Source: Pelomyxa schiedti
Taxonomy: Eukaryota > Protista > Evosea
Direction: 5' to 3'
DNA: 38,011 nt
Assembly: GCA_020536535.1 (NCBI GenBank)
Contig: JAHLWZ010000413.1
Location: 1 to 38,011 of the forward strand
The translations under genes were made by a program, and so were the position numbers. The notes under the pieces were generated by a model. That model was not told the DNA's origin, searched no databases, and saw nothing but the letters and a program-made list of their open reading frames with translations. Positions 12,824-25,054 of the stretch are shown here, piece after piece. Every line of letters starts with the position of its first letter. The stretch's first letter is position 1.

Positions 12824-13855
12824 TCAACTGAGGTTCTTCCTTGCGAGATTTTTAACAGAACAAGGGAGGGGATACAGCACAACAGTCACCCACACAGCAA
12901 ACAAACCTCGTCTATGCAGCACAGGCGTAATTGTCGGCCCGGAGCCGCCGTTTTCGGACGCCGACCGCATCAGCACGGCGTAGGCGCACTCGATCTCCAT
13001 CTGGCTCCCTATCCTCACCTCGTCGCCGTAGTCGTCCGTGTACGACAGGCCGCTGACGTCGCACGGCGAGGTGACGACCTTCACTGCCTTTGCCAGGTCC
13101 GAGTACTTTGGGGGGATCGGAATCATGAACCGGCGGTGGGCCTCGCCTTCGCCTAGTGATAGCTTCACGTGGAGGAATTCCTTCACTGTTTCGGCAGATG
13201 CAGATGAAGATGCGGAAGCGGAAGTCGATGTGGGAGTGGGAGTGGACCTAGTTGCGGTTCCATTTGAACTTGAAGTTGCTGGTGAGTCTTGACCCTTGGA
13301 TTCGTAGGTTCTGGTTAGCTTCCAGCTTCCCGGCAAGGCCTCATCCATTCTCACTCCTTCTACCTTCTCTATAAACGGCTTGGCTTTTCCCCCGAACTCC
13401 AGTGCCTCACCATACTCATCTTCATATTCTGACTTCAAGAATGCGAGCCAAATGCATCCCTTCTTCTCCACCAAGTCCCTTATTCGCTTGCGCACGGTTT
13501 CAACATCTGCTGAGCCTGGCTTTACAATCTTCTTGGCCACGCCAGTGCTTGTGGTGACCACTGGCTTCTTGTGCTTTTTGTTCTTTTTATTGCCCACCGT
13601 GGTGGCTGCTGTGATACCGACTGACAACGACGTTGTACCAGCACTATCACTCGCAAGGCGTACCTCCCACTCCGTCGCACTCCTCTGATGCAACACCACG
13701 CCCGGAACCGAGGCAATCGTCTTCTTGTTCTCGCCCAGCAAAACGATGCCGTAGTCTTTCTGCAGGGCTGGTTTTATACTGCCTAGTAGCACCATACCGC
13801 CTCTATTGCGCAATACGGACCTTATTTGCTCCTCGCACGACTTGACGCTCGCCAT
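12824..13855 (-). CDS. Protein with two LOTUS/OST-HTH-like domains and a C-terminal PB1 domain (3' end uncertain, probable last intron)
   Basis: EEQIRSVLRNRGGMVLLGSIKPALQKDYG and RKRIRDLVEKKGCIWLAFLKSEYEDEYGEAL fit the LOTUS pattern. HVKLSL...RRF...LSYTDDYGDEVRI fits PB1. Confidence 0.75.
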   Translation of the reverse strand: MASVKSCEEQIRSVLRNRGGMVLLGSIKPALQKDYGIVLLGENKKTIASVPGVVLHQRSATEWEVRLASDSAGTTSLSVGITAATTVGNKKNKKHKKPVVTTSTGVAKKIVKPGSADVETVRKRIRDLVEKKGCIWLAFLKSEYEDEYGEALEFGGKAKPFIEKVEGVRMDEALPGSWKLTRTYESKGQDSPATSSSNGTATRSTPTPTSTSASASSSASAETVKEFLHVKLSLGEGEAHRRFMIPIPPKYSDLAKAVKVVTSPCDVSGLSYTDDYGDEVRIGSQMEIECAYAVLMRSASENGGSGPTITPVLHRRGLFAVWVTVVLYPLPCSVKNLARKNLS

Positions 13856-14036
13856 TTGCTACTGTACTTTGTGTCGCAAAAAGACAACTCGAGAGAAGCA
13901 CCTGGTATTGTGGCAGCGGGTGTTTTTGGGTTCACAACTGTCTATTCAATCCAACATTGGGTGATGTTACTACTGTGTCTTCATGGACAAGTACAATGAC
14001 CCATAACCAACAGCGGGAACTCTCGGCCGGATTCTA

Positions 14037-14443
14037 TCAGTGCCGCGAGGATCCTTCGGGCTGGGCTGCGGGGGTGGCTAGTATTGGATGAGAATCAGGT
14101 GGGAGAAAAGAGCACGTACAACCTTGCAGGCGAAGAACCGGAACCTTAACCTCATTCCCACCCTTAGCCATATTCTCGTACATCAGTGAGCAAGCACAGT
14201 CAAGCTCCATTTGGTTGCCAAGTCTTATCGCATCACCGTCCTCATCCACGTATGACAGAATAATGCCAGAACCACCAGGGAGTGAAGCAGCAGCTTTCTT
14301 CAACTCGGGATAATCTGCTGGTGACTCTACATTGAAACGGTAGTATGTATTGCCCAGAAGGATCTTGACGTGGATATACGCACTAAGTGTAGTGGGACTC
14401 AAAGTAGAAGAAAACAATAAGAAAGTAACAATAACTCTTCCAT
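14037..14443 (-). CDS. Small stand-alone PB1-domain protein (two introns), paralogue of the neighbouring PB1
   Basis: Spliced product MEDAYIHVKILLG...YRF...LSYVDEDGDAIRLGNQMELDCA...PVLRLQ aligns by eye with the PB1 at ~12920-13175. Confidence 0.75.
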
Positions 14444-14596
14444 TTGTCCTGGTTTCCGACACTGAATAAAAACAAAATTATGTCCTTATGTCCTCTTTAA
14501 AGATCTTGATGACAAGGGCGCAGGTAAATCCAGATGACATCTGTATTAGAACAGAAGATTTTGATCAGAACAGGTCTTCACCGAAAAGGGAAATTG

Positions 14597-16844
14597 ATGG
14601 AAAACGACACTGGAATTGGCCAGAGTGACACTCTACACCCCTTCATCAGAGGCACCAGAGCCCACAACCCAGCCGCCGACGGCGTGCCACAGGGCTCGAC
14701 GAGGTCCAGCCCCGGGACGGAGCCGCTCGACGGCTCGTTGTTCGTGTGCATCGGGGGTGTGATGGTGCCGGCGTCGATGCTTGTTATGGGATGCATCGGC
14801 GGCGCCGAACGGAGCCTGATCCAAGCGGCTGAGGACCGTCTCACTACCAAGTTTGATGTGTCGCAATCGTGTGTGGAGGAAGTTAAACAAAGCCAAAACA
14901 GGCAGGCCGTCCCACAATTTTTCTTTTTGCTATCTAGGTTTTTTTTTATTAATCCAGGATCATGAAGATCCGTAACCTATCTTGCTTTTTTGTCTTATTA
15001 CTACGACTATTGATGGTCTTTATTACCAATGCATTTACGGTGTAGAGCTAAATTTAACATACTACATTTTTCCTCTGGGACTAATTTCACGTAGTGATGC
15101 GTTTCCCACTCCTGCAACAGGTAGTAAGGTGCGCAGTGGGAAGTGGACAGAGTCCACATTCAACAAGATAATGCTACCCCTCTTGAAAGAGGCCGGTCTT
15201 TGGGTTGGTGACCATCCAGAGAAAGTGAAATTATCGGCTGTTTCGGCTGTTCCTACACAGTGTGATTTTACTCTCGAGATGCTGGGTGATGCTGCACTGG
15301 ATGCAATTGGCAGGCTTTCGGAGTTTGACCTGTATGGTGCTGCCGTGAAAAGTACTGCACTGCTTGCATTTTACGAACAGGAGGCTGGTGCCTTTGCCTG
15401 TTTGATGCTCCAGTGTATCTACCACCATGATAACCTGCTGCTTCTTCATTCCATCATGTATCCCAGGGAGTTTGACTTTGGAAAGCAGCTCGCTGTAAGA
15501 GCTAGGGCCTATCCATTGACAACACAAGAGTGGATGCTTAAGACCCTTGAAAATGGTTGCTCTTCTAATGACCCCAAGGTGTCAAATTTGTCTCTTTTCC
15601 TGATGAGTACTGCCCTCTCTGAAAAATATGGGACGTTCTCGTTCACTGACCAGGCAAGGAGCGAAGAGATGACGAGGAGATCAGCCCAGGGTGGTGATCC
15701 AAGGGCTCAGAATCGCCTTGGAAAGCGGATGAAGGACCCGAACCTTCTGGAACTTGCCGCCAAGGCGGGCTATGTTGCTGCGCGATGCAACCTTGCTGAG
15801 CTTTATCTCAAGGATGAAAACAAATGGAATGAAGGATTATCACTGCTGTCTGCGTTATTGTCAAGCGGAGAAGAAATAAAAGCACAATCACTGCAAATTG
15901 CCGGAGACATTCTCTGGAAAGGGCGGTTTAATCATAGTGTAAATAGAACCGCAGCCCTTGAGAAGCTGAACCAATGCGCGTGCTTTGGCCACCCATCAAG
16001 CCAGAGGAAATATGCATCCTACCGTTGCCGATGCGGCACCCAACTGAGTGAAGAAGAGAAGGCCCAAGTCCTCGTCTTCCTACACCGAGCTGCGGAGCAA
16101 GGTGACAAACTGGCTCCGAAATTGCTTGGGCACTTATATCTGGCAGGTGAATGCGTCACGGAGAGGAACGTGCCTTCCGCCATACGCGTCTTCTCAATGC
16201 TCGACAACCCATCAGGGCACCACGAGTACAACATGGCCATGGCGTTCTCTTACTACAACCGCGTCCACGGCGGCACCGAGATCAACTTCGCGAAAGCCCT
16301 GCACTACTTCCAGCAGGCGCTGTCTCTGGGCTCCAAGGTGGCCCGGTTCCACATGGGCATGATCTACACGGGCCAGGCCAGCGACGGCGACGACGTGGTG
16401 GGCCCCGACGTGCTCGACATGGAAAGGGGCATGCGGCTCCTCAAGGAGTCAGCCGAGGGCGACGGGAACCCCACCGCCGGCTATTTCCTGGCGCGCATGT
16501 ACCTGGACCGGCCTGGGGTGCCCAACAGGAAAGAGGCTATGAGGCTGCTCCAGACGGCCGCGTGGATGGGCTGCGACTCGGCGTACTACCGCCTGGGGGT
16601 GCTCTATGACGAAGGCGTGGCCGCCGGGTGCAGGGACGAGAGGGAGGCCATGAGGTGGTTCCGCATGGTCCCGGGGGAAGTCCAGCCACCGCAGATGGAA
16701 TGGTGGATGTACCCAGACGGTCATGATCGTGCTGATGCTGATGCTGATGCTGATGATGCTGCCGACGACCTAGGTGAGGAGGCTGGCCACGATGATGGTG
16801 AGCAGGAGAATGGTGATGCTGAAGTCGAGGACCATCACGAGTGA
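14597..16844 (+). CDS. Sel1-like repeat protein with acidic tail
   Basis: Long ORF with repeated motifs such as AAEQGDKLAPKLLGHLY, ARFHMGMIY, AGYFLARMY and AYYRLGVLYDEG. Upstream exons MENDTG...RQA and DHEDP splice in frame. The start could instead be 14534. Confidence 0.85.
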
Positions 16845-17015
16845 ATGAGTAACTGCTACAACATCCAAACCCCTGATCCTGCTAGGGGGCAGTCTCTTGA
16901 GTAGCATCACTTCCAAAGAAGCAGAAATAGGGAAAGCTCAAAAAGGGAAGACCCAGAGCAAAATTTTGGCAAATGTTTTTATTTTCTACTTTTGTGTGAT
17001 TTGTTCTATTTCTAA

Positions 17016-17603
17016 CTAGGGCATCTTCTTGAAAATCCTGCAGCCCTGGAGGTTCTTCCCCTTGCCGTCAAGTCTTGTGTCAAAAATGAGCTTGTCAGCC
17101 TTGACGTAGCGGTACACAGTCTGTACGTAGGGCTTTCCAACAAACTCGGTTGTGGTCTTGATGGATGGGAGGTGCTCGTCGGGGTGCTCACAGGCCTCAG
17201 ATGTGACTGTGGAATTGTAAGCCGTGTGTTTCAAATATCTTTTGTTTGGGGGCGAGATAGAGAACGTACTTTTGCATTGGCCGAGCTCGTCAACCATTTT
17301 TTGCTCTTGGATTCCAGTAACGAGGAGTTCCTCATCACGGTCCTTCATGGCTGTGTGGAGGTGCATATGAATTGTCTTGCCGGTTGTGGTGATTGTGGCT
17401 TCGGGGGTAGTGCTCATGATCATTTTCCTGTCCTTGTGTCATTTGAAACACAAGGGAAAAACATGCAAAAAAGAAAACACCACGTGTGTGTACCTGACAA
17501 AGAAACCAAGCCCTTCCTCGGAAAGAATTTCCTCAAATTTGCCTGTTGTCTCAATCAAGACCCATTTGCCGTCAAGAATTGTGGGTGCTGTGGCTGCTGC
17601 CAT
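17016..17603 (-). CDS. Fatty-acid-binding-protein (iLBP/calycin)-like protein, two introns
   Basis: LDGKWVLIETTGKFEEILSEEGLGFFVRKM...PEATITTTG...YRYVKADKLIF...CRIFKK follows the FABP pattern: GxW, helix-turn-helix lid, terminal CxRxF. Confidence 0.7.
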
Positions 17604-17935
17604 CGTGTACTCTCAAAGGGTTTTTGTTTGTGTGTTTTTAAAAAAAAAAAAAAAAAAGAAAATGATTGTTGATCTGTTTCTCTCTAAGGAGCAGAAAAAT
17701 CAAAGGGACGTCCCCAAAACTCTCTTCGAAGCGTCGGTCTATTTTTGGACAGCAGATCAAGGGTACATAGATCCAGAGCTACTCACAGGTGCCGAACTCG
17801 CTTGGTGAACCGAGATACAACAGGGACAAAGAAGCCAAAAGAAACAGATGGTGGGTTGTTGGGTTTATTATTGTTTTTCACACGTGGACTCTATCATCAC
17901 AGTGGGTGGTGAGAAACGAGAAAGGAGATCCATTC

Positions 17936-18258
17936 TCATTCGTGGGTTTCGCCAGGGAAGCAAGCCTCAAAAGAACTTTTGGGGTGCGTGGCCGCGTGCT
18001 GAGCCAGTTCGACGTTGCGCTTGGTAGTTCGGAAATTGACCTGCGTTTGTTGGTTTGTTGGTTTGTTTTGTTTGTTGTTAGGCGTGACACGAACGTCGCG
18101 TGCTTGAAAACGGGGGAAACACGACAAGAGCGGAGGTGTACTTTACAAACGGTGCACTGTGCGAAGGTATTTGGTGCTTTTTTCTCGGCGGGTTTTTCTC
18201 CGCGCTCCGCGGCTTGCCTTTGCTTCAACTTGCGAAGATCTTTCTTTGACTGTGGCAT
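17936..18258 (-). CDS. Small ZNF706/At2g23090-like C2H2 zinc-finger protein (one intron)
   Basis: MPQSKKDLRK...QCTVCK|VNFRTTKRNVELAQHAATHPKSSFEACFP matches the CxxC...H...HPK...CFP signature. Confidence 0.75.
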
Positions 18259-18580
18259 TTGTGGTAGTGTGGTTGTTGCGTAGTTTGTTTGTCCGAGTCA
18301 CAGGCGCTGTAACGGCCCTAGCGGGATCTCGATTTTGATTTATTGGTTTTTTTTGTGGAAATTGCTCCTCCTTGTTTTCCTTCTAGATGCAACTGAGTGC
18401 ATTTTTCATCTGGGAACAAAAACCACCACATAGAGGCAGCTCCAATCCCTTTCCTCTCCCATAAGCACCCCAGCTCACCTTGGTGGAAAAGTGTCTGGGA
18501 AAACCCTTTTCCCCCCGGCACCCATCACTTCCCGGAACTTTTTTTTTCGTCCAACAGAAGGTCGTTTTTTTCCCACTTGG

Positions 18581-20532
18581 ATGAGGGAGGTTATTTGCCT
18601 GCACGTCGGGCAATGTGGGATCCAGATGGGTACTCGTTTTTTGTGTAGTGGGCGATGGAATTCCTAACCCATCATTTTTTTTGGCTGTGCAGGAAATGCG
18701 GCGTGGGAGATGTTTTGCGTGGAACACGGGATACAACGTGACGGGTCACTACCCACCAAAGTGTGTTAAATTAGACATATTTCACAGCAAACAATAACCA
18801 AAAAAAAAAAAAGCAAGAAGGTGATGTGGATACTTTTTTTAACGAGGTCAGTTCTGGAAAGTACGTTCCACGAGCTTTAATGCTCGACTTGGAGGTATTG
18901 CTATCTTATATTTTCTTTCATTTACATCTTTCCCAGCCTACTGTTGTTGATCAGGTACGAACTGGCCCATATCGACAGCTGTTCCACCCAAATCAGCTTA
19001 CATCTTCTAAAGTTCTTTCCCTTCTCCACTTAGATTTTATTTTATTTTTTTTACTCAAGGCTAAATTTATGTGTCATCTTTAGGAAGATGCAGCCGGTAA
19101 TTATGCTCGAGGGCACTACACCGTTGGAAAGGAATTACTCGATACCGCCCTAGATCGTATCCGGAAGCTGACAGAATCTTGCACTGGGCTGCAAGGATTT
19201 CTGTTATTCCATTCCGTTGGTTTGAGCATCTAGTTGTTACCCTTCTGGACTCAGACTTATCTAGGGGGAGGGACTGGGTCTGGTTTTGCTTCTGCACTGG
19301 CAGAGCGTCTTTCAGTTGATTATGGGAGGAAATCTAAGCTGGATTTCGTAGTTTGGCCCTCGCCCTGCGTAAGTGGGGGCATTGTGGAACCATACAATGC
19401 TATTCTGTCCTTGCATTGTCTCCTTGAACATGTGGACGTTGCGTTCATGATGGATAATGAAGCACTATATGTGAGTCTTCCCTCTTGACGAAAGGCAACA
19501 AAGCCCTTATAAACTTAGAGCTTGTGTGAGAAGCGTCTCGATGTAGAACAACCTAGTTTCTCGAATATTAATCGTCTCATTTCTCAAGTCGTTTCCTCTA
19601 CAACGGCTTCAATCAGGTTTACCGGCTCTTTAAATGTTGATCTGACCGAAATTCAAACTAACCTTGTACCGTGAGCACCCAACCAAAATTTAAACACTTT
19701 TTCCACTTACTGTGTAAGATATCCTCGCATTCATTTTATGCTTCCATCTATTGCTCCTTTGGTATCTGCAGAGAAAGCAATTAGTGAAACTCTTTCTATT
19801 CTTGATCTTACTTCTAGTGGTGTGTAGAAGTTCTTCAGCCCATTTAAAAAGTAATATATTAAGCCTTTGAACCTTCAAGTGCGATGACGAAGTGTGATCC
19901 AAGGCATGGGAAGTATATGGCGTGCTGCCTAATGTACCGAGGGGATGTTGTACCAAAAGATGTCCATGCTGCACTCTCTGTTATTAAGACCAAACGGACT
20001 ATCCAATTTGTTGACTGGTGCCCCACAGGGTTTAAAGTACACCCAACACTTCCTGAAGTGACAACTAGGCCAACCCTAATCTTGACAATCCCAAACAAAA
20101 CATTCCAAAATAGTGTGGACTCAACAACCAGGCTCCAGTTGCAGTACCCGGAGGTGACCTCCCAAAACTTCCACGTTCCGCTTGCATGGCAGCAAACACA
20201 ACCGCGATTGGGGAAGTACTGGCACGATTGGACCACAAGTTTGACTTGATGCATGCCAAGCGAGCCTTTATCCACTGGTACATAGGTGAAGGAATGGAGG
20301 AAGGAGAATTCCCGGAAGTAACTGCCCCCCAAAAAAGCAAAAAACCCTCACTCACAACATGCACAGGCACGTGAAGACCTTGCCTCACTGGAAAAGGACT
20401 ATGAGGAGGTTGGTTCCTCTCTCTGTATTACATCACATGCCCTTTCGCAATCTGACCACCCTCTAGGTAGGAACGGATACCGCAGACTGCAGCGCGGGCG
20501 ACGACGCAGGCGACGACATAAATATTCTTTAA
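18581..20532 (+). CDS. TUBA: Alpha-tubulin, divergent, 11 GT-AG introns
   Basis: Splices to one open frame: [82 protein letters not shown]; stop TAA at 20530-20532. Confidence 0.97.
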
Positions 20533-20663
20533 ACCTTTGTTGGGTCTATTATAGAAAAAAAGAAAAGGATTTGTTTTTCTATTTTTTTTTTTTTTGTTGT
20601 TTTTCTTTACGCTTCAGATAAGCAAAAAACAAATTATTAATTGAAGGTGGTGAGGGGAAGACA

Positions 20664-20770
20664 ATGTCGTCGTCGACAACAGCAACATCGAGCACACACA
20701 GCACTCCGTCCACTGCAAGCAATGTTGCTACGTCCTCTGTCAAAAAGAGCCTCGAACTCCTTGAAGAAGG

Positions 20771-20801
<31 letters not shown>

Positions 20802-21217
20802 TTAGTTTGTTGGTTTGTGGAGAAACTCACTGTCATCACCTTAACACTACATGTTCTATTTCCTATGATTTAACAGATGATGAGTTTGAGGAATTCGAAG
20901 TCCAAGGTTTGCAACGCCTTTAGTTTAGCAAGATTACTTGCACTAGGCATAATAAAAAAAAATTACGAGGGGGCTTCTATGCGTGGGTAAATTCCTTAAT
21001 TAATCATCACAGACTGGACAGAGGGACAAGAAGCTGAAGTGGACAAGCGTGCGTGGGAAGATGACTGGGACGACGAAACTCTAGACGAATTTACTCTCTC
21101 CTTGAGGTGATAAACCTTATCTTTTTGATTTTGGACTATTGTAAGTCTAACTCTTATGAAATTTTCAGGACGGAGTTACAAGCAAGTGGGTTGATTCGAA
21201 ACCAAACACATGAATAG
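20664..21217 (+). CDS. SEM1: 26S proteasome lid subunit SEM1/DSS1 (three introns)
   Basis: Spliced product LLEEDDEFEEF...DW...WEDDWDDE...F...LRTEL. Confidence 0.92.
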
Positions 21218-21399
21218 AGAAACCCAGTTCATTCAGTCACAATTCCGGCCGAAATGTTTTTTTTGCTATACTGATAGTCCTGTTGTTTACTCAGCTTCAA
21301 ATATGGAGGCACAGCAATGTGCAAAGTAAAATAAAACAAGCTATCGACAATTCCTGAAAGAGTGTTATTTACTATTTACATATGTTTCCTTTCCCGTCA

Positions 21400-24300
21400 C
21401 TACGAGAACATCAGAGGGAATGATGACGAGGAAGTAGTGATTGTCGATGCGTTTTCGGTACGAGGAGGGGAGCAATGTCTGAATATATATTCATCCCACA
21501 GTTGCACATCAGTGAGGTCAATGTGGGTGAGCGGACTTTCAGTTGGGGTGTAAAAGGGATTCATTAGGTGCGAATGTGTAGTGAAGCTGCGGATGTGGTC
21601 CCAAAGTGATACTGTGAGGCAAGGGATGTTGATGGTTTTCCTCTGTAACTCACTGTCACAAAGAAATGTGCCCCATTGCCATGTGTGTGTGGCATCTGCA
21701 ATAAGCTCCAGGAATCTACTGTTAAACTCGAATACTGCTGGGAAGTATCTTGTGTGGTTGTTGGTTGTGGTTTTAGTTAAGGTATACAAAAACAGACTTG
21801 GAGAGCTGCCACACAGCGTGGAGAAATTGGAAGAATATCGGTGACGTATCTTCTTCTAACAGTTCGAACTGGGGTGGTAACGATTGCGTGATTGTATTGC
21901 CACTGCGTTTGTTGTGAGGGTCACAAGGCTTAGCAATCAAATGCATCCCACTGCGAGTACCAAAGAGGTGGCCAAAGGAAACCCACTCCTTTTCAATCAG
22001 GACAGCGAAGCCGTGCATGGTACGGTAAAATGGATCTAATAAAAGCATCGCCAAAGACACAAGTTGACTGGTTCTGCTCAAGTCAGAAGCACATAAGACG
22101 ATAAGTTGAATGCTCACCTGTCCCAGCCATCAGAGCAGTGGCAAATTACAGTTTCGCCAGAGTCTACAATAAGGCAGTGGGGAATTGAGTACTTCATGGT
22201 ACATACCCACACGCTGTGCAATATTATCTGCTCCAGACAGGAGCAATTTCACATGCTTCAGCCACTATTGGTCAATAAGAGCACTTTCGAGAGAATACAA
22301 TAGGTACCGTGCAACTGCTCAGTGTGGAACTTGTCACACCCCGTGTATGGCAAAGAGTGAATAATTCACACCAGCTCTCTTGCATTTTATGTATCTGTTG
22401 CGAAGGTGAAATAGAAACGGAAAAATCCAGATTACATTTGGTATTTTTTGGAACTGCACGGAACAGAAATTAAAGCTTTCATAACCAGCACCCATAACCC
22501 TATTACCTGTAATGGTAAAACCAATTTGAAAAGGGGATATCTAACCTACAGCACTCCATCTGTCACGAGCATCTATAATGACAAGGTGCAACTCCAAATT
22601 TGTATTTCTAATTGCCTGTAGTTTTTTCAGTTGGACCAGAAATGGGTAGAAGAACCTCAATATATCTTGAATCATTAGATGCCATACCAAGTTGCCCCCA
22701 AATTCCTCCCAAAGGTTGACTGCACCTAGAAGTTGAGTTAGTATAGCCATTTATAGAATTTCAAGTCATGCCTAATGATTGCTGCTTTATTCTTATTGAA
22801 GCGATTGAACCATGACAGTGCCGGACTATGTGCATTAACTAAAGGTGTTGCATAGGTTTTTTCACTTACAGTCTGGATTTTCCTCTAAGAGGTGCACATT
22901 CTTTTAGGTTCACATCAGTCACTGTACTATTGAAATATTACTTCACAGAAAAGATATAAGAAAACGCTAATTACGCGGGAACGACGAGAACTGAAGGATA
23001 TGTGTTACAAACGCGGTAATCAGAGTTGACATTCGATACTCTCCAGTACGTGAGGTCAAGTTGTTGCCGAGTAAATTCTTCCAATGGTGTATAGACATTC
23101 CATCCCAGTACTGGACCTGTAACTTCTAAAGCCCTCTAACGGAAATTAGGCAAAATACGCATAATGAAGGAACCTTGTATTCAGAAGCAAATCGAAGTGG
23201 TTGTGGATAGTCATGAAACTGGGCCAATCTGCTGATCTAACACTAGGTGAATTCACCACAGAGTGATGCAGTGCAAACCAAGCTTAATGCTTGGGAATCG
23301 TCCTCCATGAAGATCAATGTAATTTGTCGGAAATCCTTGCACGCTATCTCAAGTCTGACAGGTTAGATCGTGAACTAATAGTTATGCCAACCTTGCTCCA
23401 ACGCATGAAAGTTCGAAAATATTATGCATGACAACTGAGTCCTGATTTTCAAATTGAGAGGTAACATGATGTTTCTTGAATTACCTTAATCTCGAAACTA
23501 GGATTGGTTATTATAAGTCTGTTGTTAGACACATAGGCATGAGGCTCTGGTATGTCCTCAAATTTCCCGGTGTCATCAGAGAATTGCAGCAGATTTGCCT
23601 GCTCCAGTAAGACTTCACCATCCATTAGTTGTGCTTTTAATGAGGCCTGGTGAGGAACAACGATGAGTTAGTTGAAAAACACAAGTGACAGAGGACATTA
23701 ATGTCAGGGATTTCCCCAGTAATCTCAACAAAGTCAAAGACAGACTAGATTTGGTGAGGTAATAATTTCAATGGCGGTTGACGTACAGAAGACATGGAGT
23801 TCTGTGGTGGAGGGGTAGCCTAAAAGTGCTTAATTCCGGAAGAGAACAATCAAAGTTATAAATCGTTACCTCGTGTTCTTCCGGCTTATGAGGAGGTGTA
23901 CCCTCTTGATGTACTTCTTGTTTGAACCTTTCAACAAAATTTTCAGCAACTAAAGGGAGGTGAGGGGAAAAGAAAAAAAAAGATGTGTGCGTGTGTGTGT
24001 AGTACCCTTGGCGTTCCAGCTCGCGGCTGTATCTGGTTCATAGTTCCCCTAATAAAATGACTATGAGCTAATATCATTTTGGGAACTTGCACTGAACCGG
24101 GTGAGCACGAGGGACTTGTATGCTCCTACTAGCGGTCGGCACTTGCAAGTAATTTACCGGGCTCGCCCCAAGAGGAGAAGCCCCCAACGAGGTACAGTGA
24201 GGAAGACTTCCCCGCGCCATCGTCCCACTGCCACTCTCCGCAGCGGTCAGCGACCTCGCCGCCGACGCCGCGACCTGCTGCTGCTGCCTACCTTCGCCCC

Positions 24301-24835
24301 GAGTGGTGACCTCCTGCGATACTATGATGACGTCCACTGTGGCCATGGCCGTGGCCGACACGACTCCGCAGCGCAGGCCTATGCCTATGCCACCTTCACG
24401 TGGCGGTTCCGTCGGCGGCGGGGCCCCTTTGGCGTATGGGGCGGGATTCGGTAGCCGCTGGCGGATGGCGTCCAGCTCTTTCTCGAGGCATTGGACGTGC
24501 TCGCGCAGGGAGCGGTTCTCGTCCTCCAGCTCCTTGGTTCTCAGCCTGAGGCGCGGGACCTCGCTCTGCAGGGCGGCGAGTTCGTCGTTGTGGGACTCGT
24601 AGTTGTTCGTGTAGTCGCTGATGAGCCGGTCGGTGGTGCAGGTGCACTTGTTGTTCTGGTCGTGCTTGTACACGCTGAAGCACGAAGCCGCGGCCGCCGC
24701 CGCGGGCACCGGGGTGGGCGACGGGCACGACGTCGGTTCGCCGAACGGCCGCGGCGCGGAGGACGGCTGGGGCGAGGGCGACGCCGCCGGGGAAGGCAGG
24801 GATCTCCTTCCAAACAACGCGTTAAAGCCAAACAT
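21400..24835 (-). CDS. Myotubularin-family phosphoinositide 3-phosphatase, catalytically active type, about 17 introns, N-terminal coiled coil
   Basis: IACKDFR (PH-GRAM), [25 protein letters not shown], active site HCSDGWDRT (split by an intron), [23 protein letters not shown]. Confidence 0.95.
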
Positions 24836-25054
24836 GGACGCCGAATAGTCTTAGGGGCTCCGGTAACTGCACCACACAAACGGCTTTTATTTGAAATGAA
24901 TTGTGAATTTTTGTGTTTGTTGTTTTCAAGATCCCCGCTGTTTGCACGGGTAACAAGAAATAAGGGTAACCCAACTTAGGGCAGCCAAACTGGGAAACAC
25001 CAACCAGAGAAATCCAAAAATGTGCCGTGGTGACGTGAGCTAAGACCCACAGAC

